A stretch of DNA of 64,000 bases from the NCBI GenBank assembly GCA_964348135.1, contig CAYGBL010000001.1, forward strand, positions 22 through 64,021, read 5' to 3'. The position numbers were made by a program, and so were the translations under genes. Source of the stretch: an uncultured Actinomycetota bacterium (GTDB lineage Bacteria > Actinomycetota > Aquicultoria > JACQXZ01 > CAYGBL01). The notes under the pieces were generated by a model that saw only the letters and a list, made by a program, of their open reading frames with translations, made no database searches and was not told the origin of the DNA. This document shows, in pieces, positions 1-10,302 of this stretch (position 1 is the stretch's first letter; every line of letters begins with the position of its first letter).

Positions 1-82
1 CTTCTGCCGAACAGATTGTAAATTATTTACTCGAGTTGTTTCCCCAAGTTTCGATGAGGTCTTATTAAAAGGCATTAACATC

Positions 83-1354
83 TTGGAAAAGGTAGCGCGT
101 ACTGAGGAAAAGAGACAGACTATTAGAGCTGTAAAATCAGCTTTTGAATCTAATCATCCAGCAACGCAGCTCGCAAAGAGACTTCTTAAAGAGCTGCATC
201 CTAACTGTAAGCGGGGTCTTCTATCTGGATTCATAGTGAAATCAGTGCTTGCCGATACTCAGAAACGTGCAGAATATCTTTCAATCTATGGGGAAAAACC
301 GCCCTTTACAGTTCTTGTTAGCCCAACTATGCGGTGTAATTTGCGGTGTAGTGGGTGTTATGCTGGTCAGTACTCCAGGAAGAGTGATCTAGATACCAAG
401 TATATGGATAGGATATTGGAAGATTGCCGTAGAATGGGAGTCAATCTTATAACTGTGCTAGGCGGAGAACCTTTTGTTTATCCTTATTTGCTTGAGATAT
501 GCAAGAAAAACAGCGATATGGTATTTCAAGTATTTAGTAATGGTACGATGGTGGACAAGGAGCTTGCCAGGAAGATTGTTGAAATAGGTAATATGGCTGT
601 TGCAATAAGCATTGATGGTTTTAAGGAAGAAACAGATAGCCGGAGGGGAACCGGAGTCTTCGATAAAGCGCTACAAGCCATGGATAACCTAAGAGAAGCA
701 GGTGGTCTCTACCTTTTTTCGGTATGTACGACAAGTAAAAACTATCTTGTAGTAACCAGTGATGAGTTTGTCGATTTAATGGTGAAGAAAGGAGCGGCTC
801 TGGGATGGTATTTCAATTATATGCCTGTAGGGAGCGATCTAACTCTCGACCTGATGCCCTCTCCCCACCAGAGGAACTATGCAAGGAAGAAGATTTCAGA
901 GATTCGCCGGAGAAAACCAATACTGCTTGTAGACTTCTTTGGAGACGGGCCTTTCGTTAATGGTTGTCTGGCAGGAGGAAAGCTCTATCTTCATATAAAT
1001 AGCGCAGGTGATGTAGAGCCTTGCATATTCTGTCATTTTGCTGTTGATAATGTGAAGGATAAAAGTTTGATTGAAGCGGTTAATTCAGCTTTTTTTCAAG
1101 GTATACGAAAGCTTCAGCCTTTCTGCCATAATGACCTTCATCCCTGTATGCTAATTGATCATCCTCAAATTATTCGCCACCTTGTGAAGAAGTATAGGGC
1201 ACAGCCCACCCACCATGGTGCAGAAATACTGGTAACGCATCTCAACGAACCTCTCAAAAAGTACTCTCAAAAGGTAGAGAATATATATAAAAAAGTCTGG
1301 GATGAAGAATACCAGTGGGTAAGGAACTGGCAGAAGAAGAGTATGTGTATGTAG
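83..1354 (+). CDS. Radical SAM / SPASM-like domain protein (possibly 5'-truncated by window edge)
   Basis: CNLRCSGCYAG matches CxxxCxxC radical SAM cluster motif; C-terminal Cys-rich GCLAGG...PCIFCHF segment resembles SPASM/twitch auxiliary-cluster region; reading frame is open all the way to position 2, so true start may lie upstream of window (83 is a TTG). Confidence 0.7.
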   Translation: MEKVARTEEKRQTIRAVKSAFESNHPATQLAKRLLKELHPNCKRGLLSGFIVKSVLADTQKRAEYLSIYGEKPPFTVLVSPTMRCNLRCSGCYAGQYSRKSDLDTKYMDRILEDCRRMGVNLITVLGGEPFVYPYLLEICKKNSDMVFQVFSNGTMVDKELARKIVEIGNMAVAISIDGFKEETDSRRGTGVFDKALQAMDNLREAGGLYLFSVCTTSKNYLVVTSDEFVDLMVKKGAALGWYFNYMPVGSDLTLDLMPSPHQRNYARKKISEIRRRKPILLVDFFGDGPFVNGCLAGGKLYLHINSAGDVEPCIFCHFAVDNVKDKSLIEAVNSAFFQGIRKLQPFCHNDLHPCMLIDHPQIIRHLVKKYRAQPTHHGAEILVTHLNEPLKKYSQKVENIYKKVWDEEYQWVRNWQKKSMCM

Positions 1355-1405
1355 CTGTCTTAGCGGAAAATGTTTAATACTGGATCTAACGTCTAATTAC
1401 TCTGA

Positions 1406-2629
1406 CTATGCTAAAGAATGCAGCAACTTTAATTCGTCAAGGATTAAACGAGTAATCAAGAAATTGTTCTGTATATACACTTTGCCTCTGCGGCCCTCCT
1501 TAGAAGCTTTTTCTGGATTACTTAGGAGTTCTAAGACCTTATCAGCAGTCTCCTCGATCGACTCAACCAGGAAACCGCCACCTCCGGCCATCTGTATGGG
1601 AATACCGCCGGCTCGTCTTGCAACCACAGGTGTTTCTTTCCACAACGTCTCCGCGACAACAAGGCCGAAACCTTCGCGGATCGACATTTGAATAACCACT
1701 TCAGCTATATATTGAAAAGCATTAACTTGTAGATCTCCTACTCCGACTAAGTTGGTAAAGACGTGAATCTGTCGGTCTTGCTCTGTTGCCTCAACTATCT
1801 TCTGGTATATCTCCCATCCCTGCGGATCATCAAGTGCCATGGAACCCACTAAAACCAGACGCACATCGGGCCGTTGCTGCCTGACCAAATTATAGGCTTT
1901 GATTACTCCGAGGGGATCTTTCCATGGGTCAAAACGGGAAATCTGGCAGATTAATGGTCCGTCTTGCGGCACCCCGATCCAGTTGAGCAAACGGGAAGCC
2001 ATATCATCAGGGAGTGTCATATTTTTGGGACTAAGAGGATCTATCGCCGGAGGGATTACTTCTGCGCGGATTTTTAAGCCGGGTGGTATAAACTCACCGA
2101 GTGTGAAAACTGCGGCATCGTAATCGTTGATAAATGTAGTTAAAAACCTCCATACTTCATGGTTTGGGTTAGAAGTGTCAATGTGGCAGCGCCAAATCCA
2201 GCGGGCTTTAATATCCGGACGGAAGTGACGGAGTGCAGCTGGTTGTGGATCATGCACAATAATAAAGTCGTATTCATCAGTCATTGTCTGAGCGTTGAGA
2301 CTGCTGTAGGCAAGATATGTCTGGGGATCTCTGCGATCGAGATGATATAATTCACCCTGAAGAGCGTTATGGAAAGCCTTAGTTACTCGAAAAAAAGACT
2401 CTTCGCCCGAGATTACTTGCCAGTGGGCATCAATACCAAGTGAGCGCTCAAGTGGGACTAGTGAACGAAGAAGTTCAGAAACACCTCCACCATAAGGGGT
2501 TGCGTTGATATGAAGTACACGTGCTCCTTTAAGATTCTGTGAAACCTGACGTAATGTTGTGATCTCAGCTGGCAATAAATCCTCATACATATCAAGTGAT
2601 AATTCACCAACGTCAACTTGCTGTGGCAT
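1406..2629 (-). CDS. GT4 family glycosyltransferase, TreT-like (trehalose glycosyltransferring synthase-like)
   Basis: ~400 aa; WRCHID motif, GGV, and C-terminal GT-B retaining 'EGFGL' motif; clear paralog of 54029..55234 (shared motifs WIWRCHID, QISRFD.WKDP, LVL.GSMA.DDPEG). Confidence 0.6.
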   Translation of the reverse strand: MPQQVDVGELSLDMYEDLLPAEITTLRQVSQNLKGARVLHINATPYGGGVSELLRSLVPLERSLGIDAHWQVISGEESFFRVTKAFHNALQGELYHLDRRDPQTYLAYSSLNAQTMTDEYDFIIVHDPQPAALRHFRPDIKARWIWRCHIDTSNPNHEVWRFLTTFINDYDAAVFTLGEFIPPGLKIRAEVIPPAIDPLSPKNMTLPDDMASRLLNWIGVPQDGPLICQISRFDPWKDPLGVIKAYNLVRQQRPDVRLVLVGSMALDDPQGWEIYQKIVEATEQDRQIHVFTNLVGVGDLQVNAFQYIAEVVIQMSIREGFGLVVAETLWKETPVVARRAGGIPIQMAGGGGFLVESIEETADKVLELLSNPEKASKEGRRGKVYIQNNFLITRLILDELKLLHSLA

Positions 2630-2840
2630 ATTTCCCTCCTATAAAATTTGAGCGCTGTAACTTGAATTAATAGGTAATAATATATTTGATATTATTTACT
2701 TCTTTGATTTCCAGCGTTTTCCTTGCTATGCTGGATCCATATTCTTTTGAGCGCGTTTAATTTATATAAATACCACTATACTAATTGCATAAATAAACCT
2801 GTTTCTAACGGCTATAAGATATTTTGAACATAGAAAAGCA

Positions 2841-2863
2841 AAAAGCCCCTCCAGGGGCTTTTT
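2841..2863. terminator. Bidirectional rho-independent terminator hairpin
   Basis: aaaaaGCCCCTccAGGGGCttttt: GC-rich 5-7 bp stem flanked by A-run and T-run, sits immediately 3' of minus-strand RlpA-like gene. Confidence 0.5.
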
Positions 2864-2881
2864 GCAGTAGAAACGGACTCC

Positions 2882-3412
2882 TTACCAGTCGAGTGCGACG
2901 GGACCAACACCCCGTCTGGTAGAGCCGAAAAGTGCAATGAAGGCATCTTTATCCAAATCAATTACTCTACCGGGCACAAAAGGTCCATGATCATTTATTG
3001 TTACTACAATAGAATTCCCCGTCTCCAGATTAGTAACCCTGACTTTTGATCCCTTTGGGGCCACCAAAGAAGCGGCATGCATACCACCTTTCCACCTGTA
3101 GTAACTGGCTGCGCCTTCAATGTGCCCCCTTGGGAGATCCTCACCTGGTAACCAGAAATATCCACGTCCTCTACGGCTAACCCTTCTATTTCGCTGCTTG
3201 TATTTTGCCTTGCTTGATCTTCTTCTTAGATACATACGGGCTTGAAGTTTGCGTTTTATAATTAGGACCTTTTCATCGTAGAGCCTTCTTAAGGAACCTT
3301 GCTTTGCATCCTGAGCAGAAAGAGATATGAAACTGTGGGTAAAGATTAACACCCAAATTGTCAGAAAAATTACTGTAAACCTTCTTCTCAATATCAACCT
3401 CCTTTGGTACAT
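2882..3412 (-). CDS. RlpA-like (double-psi beta-barrel) lipoprotein
   Basis: N-terminal hydrophobic segment; C-terminal ...AASYYRWKGG...VRVTNLETGNSIVVTINDHGPFVPGRVIDLDKDAF matches RlpA/DPBB consensus. Confidence 0.6.
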   Translation of the reverse strand: MYQRRLILRRRFTVIFLTIWVLIFTHSFISLSAQDAKQGSLRRLYDEKVLIIKRKLQARMYLRRRSSKAKYKQRNRRVSRRGRGYFWLPGEDLPRGHIEGAASYYRWKGGMHAASLVAPKGSKVRVTNLETGNSIVVTINDHGPFVPGRVIDLDKDAFIALFGSTRRGVGPVALDW

Positions 3413-3732
3413 TGCAGTTTAGATTGAAAACTGCCATATTTACTTAAGCAGAGCTATTCACATAGCCAGGTGAGGCGTCAGCTCAAGGAAACATTGGGTA
3501 AACTGGCGAATTTTGCTGAGACTAAAACAAAGACAAGAAAGCTGTATCTGGTGAGCGGTTTAATGGATTGAATTGTGGGATAGCATGAGGTCTGTTAATT
3601 AACTTCACTAGTGCTACGATCACAGTGGAATACCAAGTTTAGACAAAACAGCAATATAGTCTAAGACGATATTATTTGTTTCGATATTATACCTTATAAT
3701 TCTAATATTTCCAAACAAAGGAGAGGTAATAT

Positions 3733-4164
3733 ATGGAAATTCGAATTAAGCAGATTGACAAGGGTTTGCCTGTTCCTAAATATGCGTATCAAAAGGATGC
3801 AGGATGTGATCTCTACAGCACTATGGATTTACTCTTGAAACCGGGAGAAAGAAGGTTGGTTCCAACAGGTATAGCAATGGAAATACCAGATGGATATGCA
3901 GGATTTGTGCAACCAAGATCGGGGCTTGCTACAAAACACGGTATAAGTATTGTAAATACGCCCGGTCTAATCGACAGTCATTATAGAGGCGAAGTAAAGG
4001 TTATATTAATAAACTTAGACAAAGAGGAAACTTTTCAAATTAGAAGAGGTGACAAGATAGCACAGCTGGTAATTCAGAAAGTAATAAATGCAAAGTTTCA
4101 AGTTGTTAACGAGCTCAACGAAACAGCAAGGGGCAGCGGAGGATTTGGAAGTTCAGGAAGATAA
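3733..4164 (+). CDS. dut: dUTP diphosphatase
   Basis: Classic dUTPase motifs (AGCDLYS, RSGLATKHG, GLIDSHYRGE, ARGSGGFGSSG); strong RBS AAAGGAGAGG upstream. Confidence 0.9.
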   Translation: MEIRIKQIDKGLPVPKYAYQKDAGCDLYSTMDLLLKPGERRLVPTGIAMEIPDGYAGFVQPRSGLATKHGISIVNTPGLIDSHYRGEVKVILINLDKEETFQIRRGDKIAQLVIQKVINAKFQVVNELNETARGSGGFGSSGR

Positions 4165-4194
4165 GAATGCAAAGTAACGGTTAAAGGGGAAGAC

Positions 4195-5133
4195 ATGGAA
4201 GTATCAAGAATAGTATGGGCTGCACTAATAGGAAACGCACTAATTGCTCTGGCAAAGTTTATTGCTGCTGGTATAAGCGGAAGCGTTGCGCTTCTTTCAG
4301 AAGGAGCTCATTCAGTTGCAGATACTTTCAACCAGGTCTTTTTACTAATTGGTTTGAGCCTAGGGAAGAAACCTCCTGATGAGCAGCATCCATACGGTCA
4401 TGGAAAAGATCGTTTTTTCTGGGCATTCATTACTGCTATAACGCTTTTCTTTGTGGGTGCTTTTTTCTCCATCTACGAGGGAATTAATAAAATACTCGAA
4501 GCTCTGAGAGGAGAGCTAGTCTCTGGGTCCCACATCTGGAGCTTCGTAGCGCTTGGAATAGCTATCATCTTCGAATCGTTTACATTATCAGTCGGGGTTA
4601 TAGAAACAAGCAAGGGGATGAGAAAGGAAAACAAGTCTTTCTTTCAATTTTTCAGAACAAGCCGGGATACCACTCTAAAAACTGTTTTATTTGAAGACAC
4701 AGCAGCTATTTTGGGACTGATTTTTGCTCTAACCGGAGTTTATTTAGTGGAAGTTACCGGAAGCCTATGGTGGGATGGACTTGCGTCTATGTTAATAGGA
4801 GTAGTTTTAGCAATAGTCGCCGTAATGCTTGCATTACAATCAAGAGGGCTTCTTCTGGGAGCAGCGGCAAGTCGAGAAGATAGGAAAAAGATCAGGAGAG
4901 CACTTACATCTTCAAACAGGGTTACTAAGATTATAGATGTTTTAACGATGCATCTTAGTCCTGCGGAAATACTGCTGACTACGCACATTGAGTTGGAAAA
5001 CATAAAGAGCGCTAAGGAAGTGGAAGATACTATCGATGGTCTCGAAAGGGAAGTTAAAAAGGCAGTACCTGAAGCTAAGCTTATTTTCATTGAACCGCAA
5101 TCCGGCGATAAAAAGGATGAGTATGAGTTATGA
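4195..5133 (+). CDS. Cation diffusion facilitator (CDF) family transporter
   Basis: 6 TM N-terminal domain with ...SEGAHSVADT... signature and cytoplasmic C-terminal domain typical of CzcD/FieF family. Confidence 0.85.
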   Translation: MEVSRIVWAALIGNALIALAKFIAAGISGSVALLSEGAHSVADTFNQVFLLIGLSLGKKPPDEQHPYGHGKDRFFWAFITAITLFFVGAFFSIYEGINKILEALRGELVSGSHIWSFVALGIAIIFESFTLSVGVIETSKGMRKENKSFFQFFRTSRDTTLKTVLFEDTAAILGLIFALTGVYLVEVTGSLWWDGLASMLIGVVLAIVAVMLALQSRGLLLGAAASREDRKKIRRALTSSNRVTKIIDVLTMHLSPAEILLTTHIELENIKSAKEVEDTIDGLEREVKKAVPEAKLIFIEPQSGDKKDEYEL

Positions 5134-6140
5134 AAGAAGCAATGTGGTATGAAAAGTTAGAGGATAAGAAAGTTAAATGCCGTCTATGTGCTCATTGGTG
5201 TGTAATCCGGGAAGGAAGAAGGGGTTTTTGTGCTGTCCGTGAGAATCGTGATGGAATTCTCTTCAGCCTGGTGTACGGAAAGGTAATAGCCGAACACATA
5301 GATCCTATTGAGAAGAAACCACTCTTTCATTTCTATCCTGGGAGTAGATCGTTTTCCATTGCTACCGTTGGATGCAATTTTCGCTGTGATCATTGCCAGA
5401 ACTATGATATTTCGCAAATGCCGGTGGATCAAAAGACTATTTTAGGAAGAGATTTATCACCAGAACAAATTGTACATGAAGCAAGAGAGGCAAAATGTGA
5501 GAGTATATCATATACCTATACCGAACCGACTATCTTTGCGGAATATGCTTATGATACAGCTAAACTGGCGGCGGAAAAGGGAATTAAGAATGTCTTTGTA
5601 ACCAACGGGTATATCACAGAAGAAGCACTCCGTACTATAGCTCCATATCTTGATGCTGCAAACGTTGATCTAAAATCCTTTAAAGATGAGTTTTACAGAA
5701 AGGTATGCCACGCTAGACTAGAACCTGTTCTTGAAGCATTAAAGCTATACAAGAATTTGGGCATCTGGATAGAGGTAACTACTCTGGTAATACCCAATTA
5801 CAATGACTCCGATTCAGAGCTTCGCCAAATTGCAGAATTTATAGCAGGCCTGGGAGAAGAAACACCTTGGCATATAAGCCAATTCTATCCCACCTATCAT
5901 CTTCTTGATCGACCAAGAACACCATTGGAGACTCTGGAGAGAGCTCGCCAGATTGGTTTTGAAGCGGGGCTGCGGTATGTATATGTAGGAAATGTGCCTG
6001 GAGAAGGGGAAGAAACACTGTGCTATAAATGCGGGAGACCGGTAATTCAACGTTATGGTTATAATATACTCGCCAATAATTTGAAGAACTCCAGATGTAT
6101 TAACTGTGGAACTGAGATAGACGGAAGGGGACTGAGATAA
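5130..6140 (+). CDS. AmmeMemoRadiSam-system-type radical SAM enzyme (PFL-activase related)
   Basis: N-terminal Cys-rich segment (KCRLCAHWC...GFC) followed by CNFRCDHCQN radical SAM motif; overall match to AmmeMemoRadiSam radical SAM family architecture; overlaps upstream gene by 4 bp. Confidence 0.75.
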   Translation: MKEAMWYEKLEDKKVKCRLCAHWCVIREGRRGFCAVRENRDGILFSLVYGKVIAEHIDPIEKKPLFHFYPGSRSFSIATVGCNFRCDHCQNYDISQMPVDQKTILGRDLSPEQIVHEAREAKCESISYTYTEPTIFAEYAYDTAKLAAEKGIKNVFVTNGYITEEALRTIAPYLDAANVDLKSFKDEFYRKVCHARLEPVLEALKLYKNLGIWIEVTTLVIPNYNDSDSELRQIAEFIAGLGEETPWHISQFYPTYHLLDRPRTPLETLERARQIGFEAGLRYVYVGNVPGEGEETLCYKCGRPVIQRYGYNILANNLKNSRCINCGTEIDGRGLR

Positions 6141-6204
6141 TTAATAATGCACAATTAACAATGCACAATAAGCGATAAGGATAAATTGCGATGGAGAGTT
6201 TTGA

Positions 6205-6867
6205 GTGAAGAAAGTAGCAATCTTTGATGTAGATGGGACACTACTAAACAGTACCTGGATGCATGCTCAAGCCTGGAAAGAGGCCTTAAGCGATTTCGGT
6301 TATAAATTTGAAATTGCCGAGTTAAGTGTGCATATAGGAAGAGGAGCTCAAGGACTGATTTCCGATTTAATAGGATCACAGAGCTATCGTAGAATAGGGA
6401 AAGAACTTACGGAGAAACATCAGATAAATTTTGACCGGTTGGGGGAAGCCAAGCCGTTTCCTATGGTAAAGGAATTATGCACAGAGCTTAAAAGACGAAG
6501 GAAGATAATTCTATTGGCTAGCTCTGCTCTATCGGAAACGGTTGAGAAGCATATCAGAATACTGTCTATTGAGCAGTTGATTGATGGAAGGGTGTCAGGT
6601 TCGGAGGTTTCAAAAGGGAAGCCTGCACCGGACATATTCATAAGTGCCATGAATCTGGTATCAGATGGTCCTGCTACTCCGGAAGACAGTATTGTTGTGG
6701 GGGATTCGATCTGGGACATAGAAGCGGCCAGGAATGCGGGTATTGATTCCATTGGGGTACTTACTGGAGGAGCTTCAAAAGAACTGTTGAAGAGCGCAGG
6801 TGCTGCCGAAGTTTACGAGGATGTAGCAGAACTTTACAGAAACCTTGATAATTCACTATTAAAGTAA
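6205..6867 (+). CDS. HAD-superfamily hydrolase (beta-phosphoglucomutase/phosphatase-like)
   Basis: AIFDVDGTLLNS motif I, K and DD motifs (VVGDSIWDIEAARNAG). Confidence 0.75.
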   Translation: MKKVAIFDVDGTLLNSTWMHAQAWKEALSDFGYKFEIAELSVHIGRGAQGLISDLIGSQSYRRIGKELTEKHQINFDRLGEAKPFPMVKELCTELKRRRKIILLASSALSETVEKHIRILSIEQLIDGRVSGSEVSKGKPAPDIFISAMNLVSDGPATPEDSIVVGDSIWDIEAARNAGIDSIGVLTGGASKELLKSAGAAEVYEDVAELYRNLDNSLLK

Positions 6868-6923
6868 TATATCGGTTTAATCTATGAAACTGATTTATAA
6901 CTAAACGGCTAGCTGGAGGGCGG

Positions 6924-7634
6924 ATGTCGCATATACACATTCCTGACGGTCTTCTGCCTTTGTGGTATTGGGTCACAGGTTACGTACTTACCTTTATTTT
7001 GCTTAGCTTGATTTTATTGAGAATAAGGGGACCTGCTTTCATAAAGAAACTACCCGTTCTTGGAGTTATAGCAGCAGTGATTCTTCTGTCTATGTCCATT
7101 GAAATAGTCCCCATAGCTTACCATATAAATCTTATGGTGCTTGCAGGTATAATTCTAGGTCCAGCTCTCGGTATTCTTGCTGCGTTCAGTATAAATCTGA
7201 TCCTTGCTCTTATTGCTCATGGAGGAATAACTATGGTTGGTCTCAATACTATAACTGCTTCTTCAGAAGTTGTTCTCGGATGGCTTTTGTTTAGCTTTAC
7301 TTCCAGGGCTATAAAGAGACCGTTTATTCAGGGCTTTTTAGCTACCTTTATAGCTCTTATAATCTCTACGGTGTTGACTATAGGAATAGTTGCTATAGGG
7401 ACCAGTGATTTTAGTAAAGCACTGGAAGTTGAGAAGGATGGAAACATCCTGCGTTTTGAGGCTGGGCCAGAGAAACCAGGAGAACCCCAGGGTAGGATGA
7501 ATATAATCACCTATGCTGAATTGACTCTTGGGTTGGGCTTTTTTGGTTGGTTGCTTGAAAGTACCACAATTGGATTCTTGATTTCATATATAATGTCTAT
7601 CAGACCTAATCTTATATATGCGAGAAGGGAGTAA
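6924..7634 (+). CDS. cbiM: ECF transporter substrate-capture component CbiM/NikM-like
   Basis: N-terminal MSHIHIPDG signature of CbiM; multi-TM; followed by Q and O components. Confidence 0.8.
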   Translation: MSHIHIPDGLLPLWYWVTGYVLTFILLSLILLRIRGPAFIKKLPVLGVIAAVILLSMSIEIVPIAYHINLMVLAGIILGPALGILAAFSINLILALIAHGGITMVGLNTITASSEVVLGWLLFSFTSRAIKRPFIQGFLATFIALIISTVLTIGIVAIGTSDFSKALEVEKDGNILRFEAGPEKPGEPQGRMNIITYAELTLGLGFFGWLLESTTIGFLISYIMSIRPNLIYARRE

Positions 7635-7717
7635 ATACGGATCTCGCTTATCTGGATTATTTAGCGAACTCTGGTACAAGCGTTCTTCACCGATCACCTC
7701 TATCTTTAAAATGGATA

Positions 7718-8350
7718 TTGGTGTTTTTGCTTTTTGCTGGTGTAATCTTGTTTGCAAATGTGTATTGGCTTCTTGTGTGGTACGTTGCAGTTTTTGTTCT
7801 AATTGCTCTTGCCAGACTTCCGGTTTTAAAAATATTGCTCCTGTCTTTTTACCCCATTATATTTGCTTTAATCTTTGCCTTTAGCTCGTTTAACGGAAAT
7901 TGGGCATTTTTCTTTGCAGTAATGTTAAAAGTAGTTGTTGCCTCATCGACTATGTTGCTTTTTATTTCTACAACTCCCTATCCACGGATATTTGGGAGCA
8001 TGGGAAGAGTTGCTCCCGTAGCCATAACTGCCGCTCTCTTTCTAATTTACCGTTCAATTTTCATTCTTCTGGATACTCTTGAGGGTTTACAGACTACTAT
8101 CAAGCTCAGAGGTGGATTCTCCTGGAGAAGACCGGCAAGAAGCTTAAGCACTCTAACTCGCAGCCTTGGCTATCTTTTAATAAAAGCTATTGACACCAGC
8201 GAGAGGATGTATGAAATTATGGAACTCAGAGGATTTGAGGGAAGAATTAGATACCGCCGTCCGCAAATTGAATTTGATTTCTATTCGAATATTATAGTTC
8301 TGGGCTTTGAGCTGGGTTTGACCGTTTTACTGGTAATGGCTTTGAGGTAA
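7718..8350 (+). CDS. cbiQ: ECF transporter transmembrane (T) component CbiQ-like
   Basis: Multi-TM protein with C-terminal ...AIDTSERMYEIMELRGF... typical of CbiQ/EcfT; TTG start, may begin slightly upstream. Confidence 0.75.
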   Translation: MVFLLFAGVILFANVYWLLVWYVAVFVLIALARLPVLKILLLSFYPIIFALIFAFSSFNGNWAFFFAVMLKVVVASSTMLLFISTTPYPRIFGSMGRVAPVAITAALFLIYRSIFILLDTLEGLQTTIKLRGGFSWRRPARSLSTLTRSLGYLLIKAIDTSERMYEIMELRGFEGRIRYRRPQIEFDFYSNIIVLGFELGLTVLLVMALR

Positions 8351-8357
8351 ATGAGAA

Positions 8358-9188
8358 ATGAATGAGATTGTAAAGGTTTCATGCATAAAACATATATACC
8401 CTGACAAGACTGAAATTCATCTTTGCGGCCTGGATATGATTGTAAATGAGCAGGAAAGGGTGGCAATTTTGGGGCCAAGTGGAAGCGGTAAGACTACACT
8501 GCTTAAACATATTCTGGGGCTTTTGGAGCCCACAGAGGGATCCGTTCACGTTCTCGGTGTCAATCCGGTTAAAGAACGAAGCAAGATTCGGGAAAGAATA
8601 GGATTTGTAATGCAAAACGTAGAAGAGCAGCTGGTTAATCCTACTGTTTTTGATGAAATCGCTTTTGCTCCCCTAAACTACGGATATAGTTTTAAAGAAA
8701 CGGCAGGTATGGTAGATACGGTTTTAGAAGACCTGGAGATATTTCATCTCAAAGAAAAGGTGCCACACTATCTTTCAGGAGGAGAGAAGAGAAAGGTTGC
8801 CCTGGCTTCAGCTCTGGTACTTAATCCTGAGCTGCTTGTTCTAGACGAGCCATTTGAAGGTATGGATCCACACTCAAGAAGCGAATTTGTGAGTATTATT
8901 AACCAGCTTAGTAGGGATAGAAAGATGGCAGTGGTGATTACTCTGCACGATGTGAATATTGTTCCCGATGTTTCAGACGTAGTATATCTCATAAGGTTTG
9001 GTGGAGAGATAAGTAAAAGAGGTACACCCAGGCAAATCTTCGAAAACATTGAAGAACTTGCTAGCTTCAATCTGGAACCCCCCATTCTTACAAAACTATT
9101 CTTGAAACTAAGAAAAAATCATCCTGACATATCCGTCCCTACCGATGTTGAGGGAGCAATAAAGGAAATTGAAAAACTCTTTCCTTAA
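8358..9188 (+). CDS. cbiO: ECF transporter ATPase CbiO-like
   Basis: Walker A GPSGSGKTT, ABC signature LSGGEKRKVALA, Walker B LLVLDEP. Confidence 0.9.
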   Translation: MNEIVKVSCIKHIYPDKTEIHLCGLDMIVNEQERVAILGPSGSGKTTLLKHILGLLEPTEGSVHVLGVNPVKERSKIRERIGFVMQNVEEQLVNPTVFDEIAFAPLNYGYSFKETAGMVDTVLEDLEIFHLKEKVPHYLSGGEKRKVALASALVLNPELLVLDEPFEGMDPHSRSEFVSIINQLSRDRKMAVVITLHDVNIVPDVSDVVYLIRFGGEISKRGTPRQIFENIEELASFNLEPPILTKLFLKLRKNHPDISVPTDVEGAIKEIEKLFP

Positions 9189-9414
9189 TAGCAGTTCAGA
9201 ATTACTAGCAGCTTAACTGTCCGGAAAGCTTCTTAGAAAGCATCGTGCAGGGTATAACTAGCATCCAGTGTGCATAATCCGTAGTTACCAGCTTCTAAAC
9301 TCTTGATTTTGTGCTATTATATTTTTCAAATCATTTTTATACGGATAATTCGGAACAAACTCCCAATTCATGACTTACAACTCACTACACGAATCTGAAA
9401 GGAGATGATATAAG

Positions 9415-10302
9415 ATGGCAAGGAAGCTTGAGTTTGAAGGCATACACATTCCCCTGGTAACACCTTTTAAAAACAATAAGCTGGACAGACGAAGTCTTAA
9501 GCGCCTTATTAATCTGGTTATAAAAGAAGGAGCAAGCGGTCTGGTTCCCTGCGGTACAACTGGAGAAGCCCCAACCTTAAGTCATGAGGAACATATGGAA
9601 GTCATACGCCTCACAGTTGAGGAAGCTAATGGTAGAGTTCCAGTGCTGGCCGGAACCGGTTCAAATGAGACTGACAGAGCCATTGAATATACCCGGTATG
9701 CAGAAAAAGTCGGGGCAGATGGAGCTCTGGTAGTAGGCCCTTACTACAACAGACCTACTCAAGCTGGACTCTACGAACACTTTAAAGCGGTTGCCAAGAA
9801 CACCAAGCTCCCCATCGTTATATATAACATACCTATACGGACAGGACGGAACATCGATACAGATACAGTTATAAGGCTCTCGAAGATTCCAAATATAGTA
9901 GGCATAAAAGAAGCAAGTGCTGATATAAATCAGGTAATGAATATCATTAAAGGTACAAACAATTTTACAGTTCTAAGTGGCGAAGACCACATTATCTTTC
10001 CAATCTGCTGCCTGGGAGGACAAGGAGCAATTGCTGCAAGTGCACACGTGGCAACGGCAGAATTTATAAATATGTGGCAGATGGTAGGGGAGAATAGGAT
10101 TAAGGAAGCAAGAGACCTTCACTACAAACTACTTCCTCTAGTGCGGGCTTTCTTTTCTGAAGCCAATCCAGCTCCAATCAAAGCAGCCCTTGCCATGCTG
10201 GGAATAATCTCCTCAAATGAAGTAAGGCTGCCTTTGGTTCCCGCAACAACTAATTGCAGAAATACTATCAAAACCGAACTCAAGAGACTTAAACTTATGT
10301 AG
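9415..10302 (+). CDS. dapA: 4-hydroxy-tetrahydrodipicolinate synthase (DHDPS family lyase)
   Basis: GTTGE motif, YNRP and IYNIP(x)RTG motifs of DapA/NAL family; RBS GGAGATGA upstream. Confidence 0.8.
   Translation: MARKLEFEGIHIPLVTPFKNNKLDRRSLKRLINLVIKEGASGLVPCGTTGEAPTLSHEEHMEVIRLTVEEANGRVPVLAGTGSNETDRAIEYTRYAEKVGADGALVVGPYYNRPTQAGLYEHFKAVAKNTKLPIVIYNIPIRTGRNIDTDTVIRLSKIPNIVGIKEASADINQVMNIIKGTNNFTVLSGEDHIIFPICCLGGQGAIAASAHVATAEFINMWQMVGENRIKEARDLHYKLLPLVRAFFSEANPAPIKAALAMLGIISSNEVRLPLVPATTNCRNTIKTELKRLKLM

Noticed and set aside
7618-7884. 88-aa Cys-rich ORF between cbiM and cbiQ, considered as a possible CbiN
   Set aside because: Out of frame with and almost fully overlapped by the CbiQ-like gene; sequence is low-complexity C/S/F-rich, not a 2-TM CbiN.
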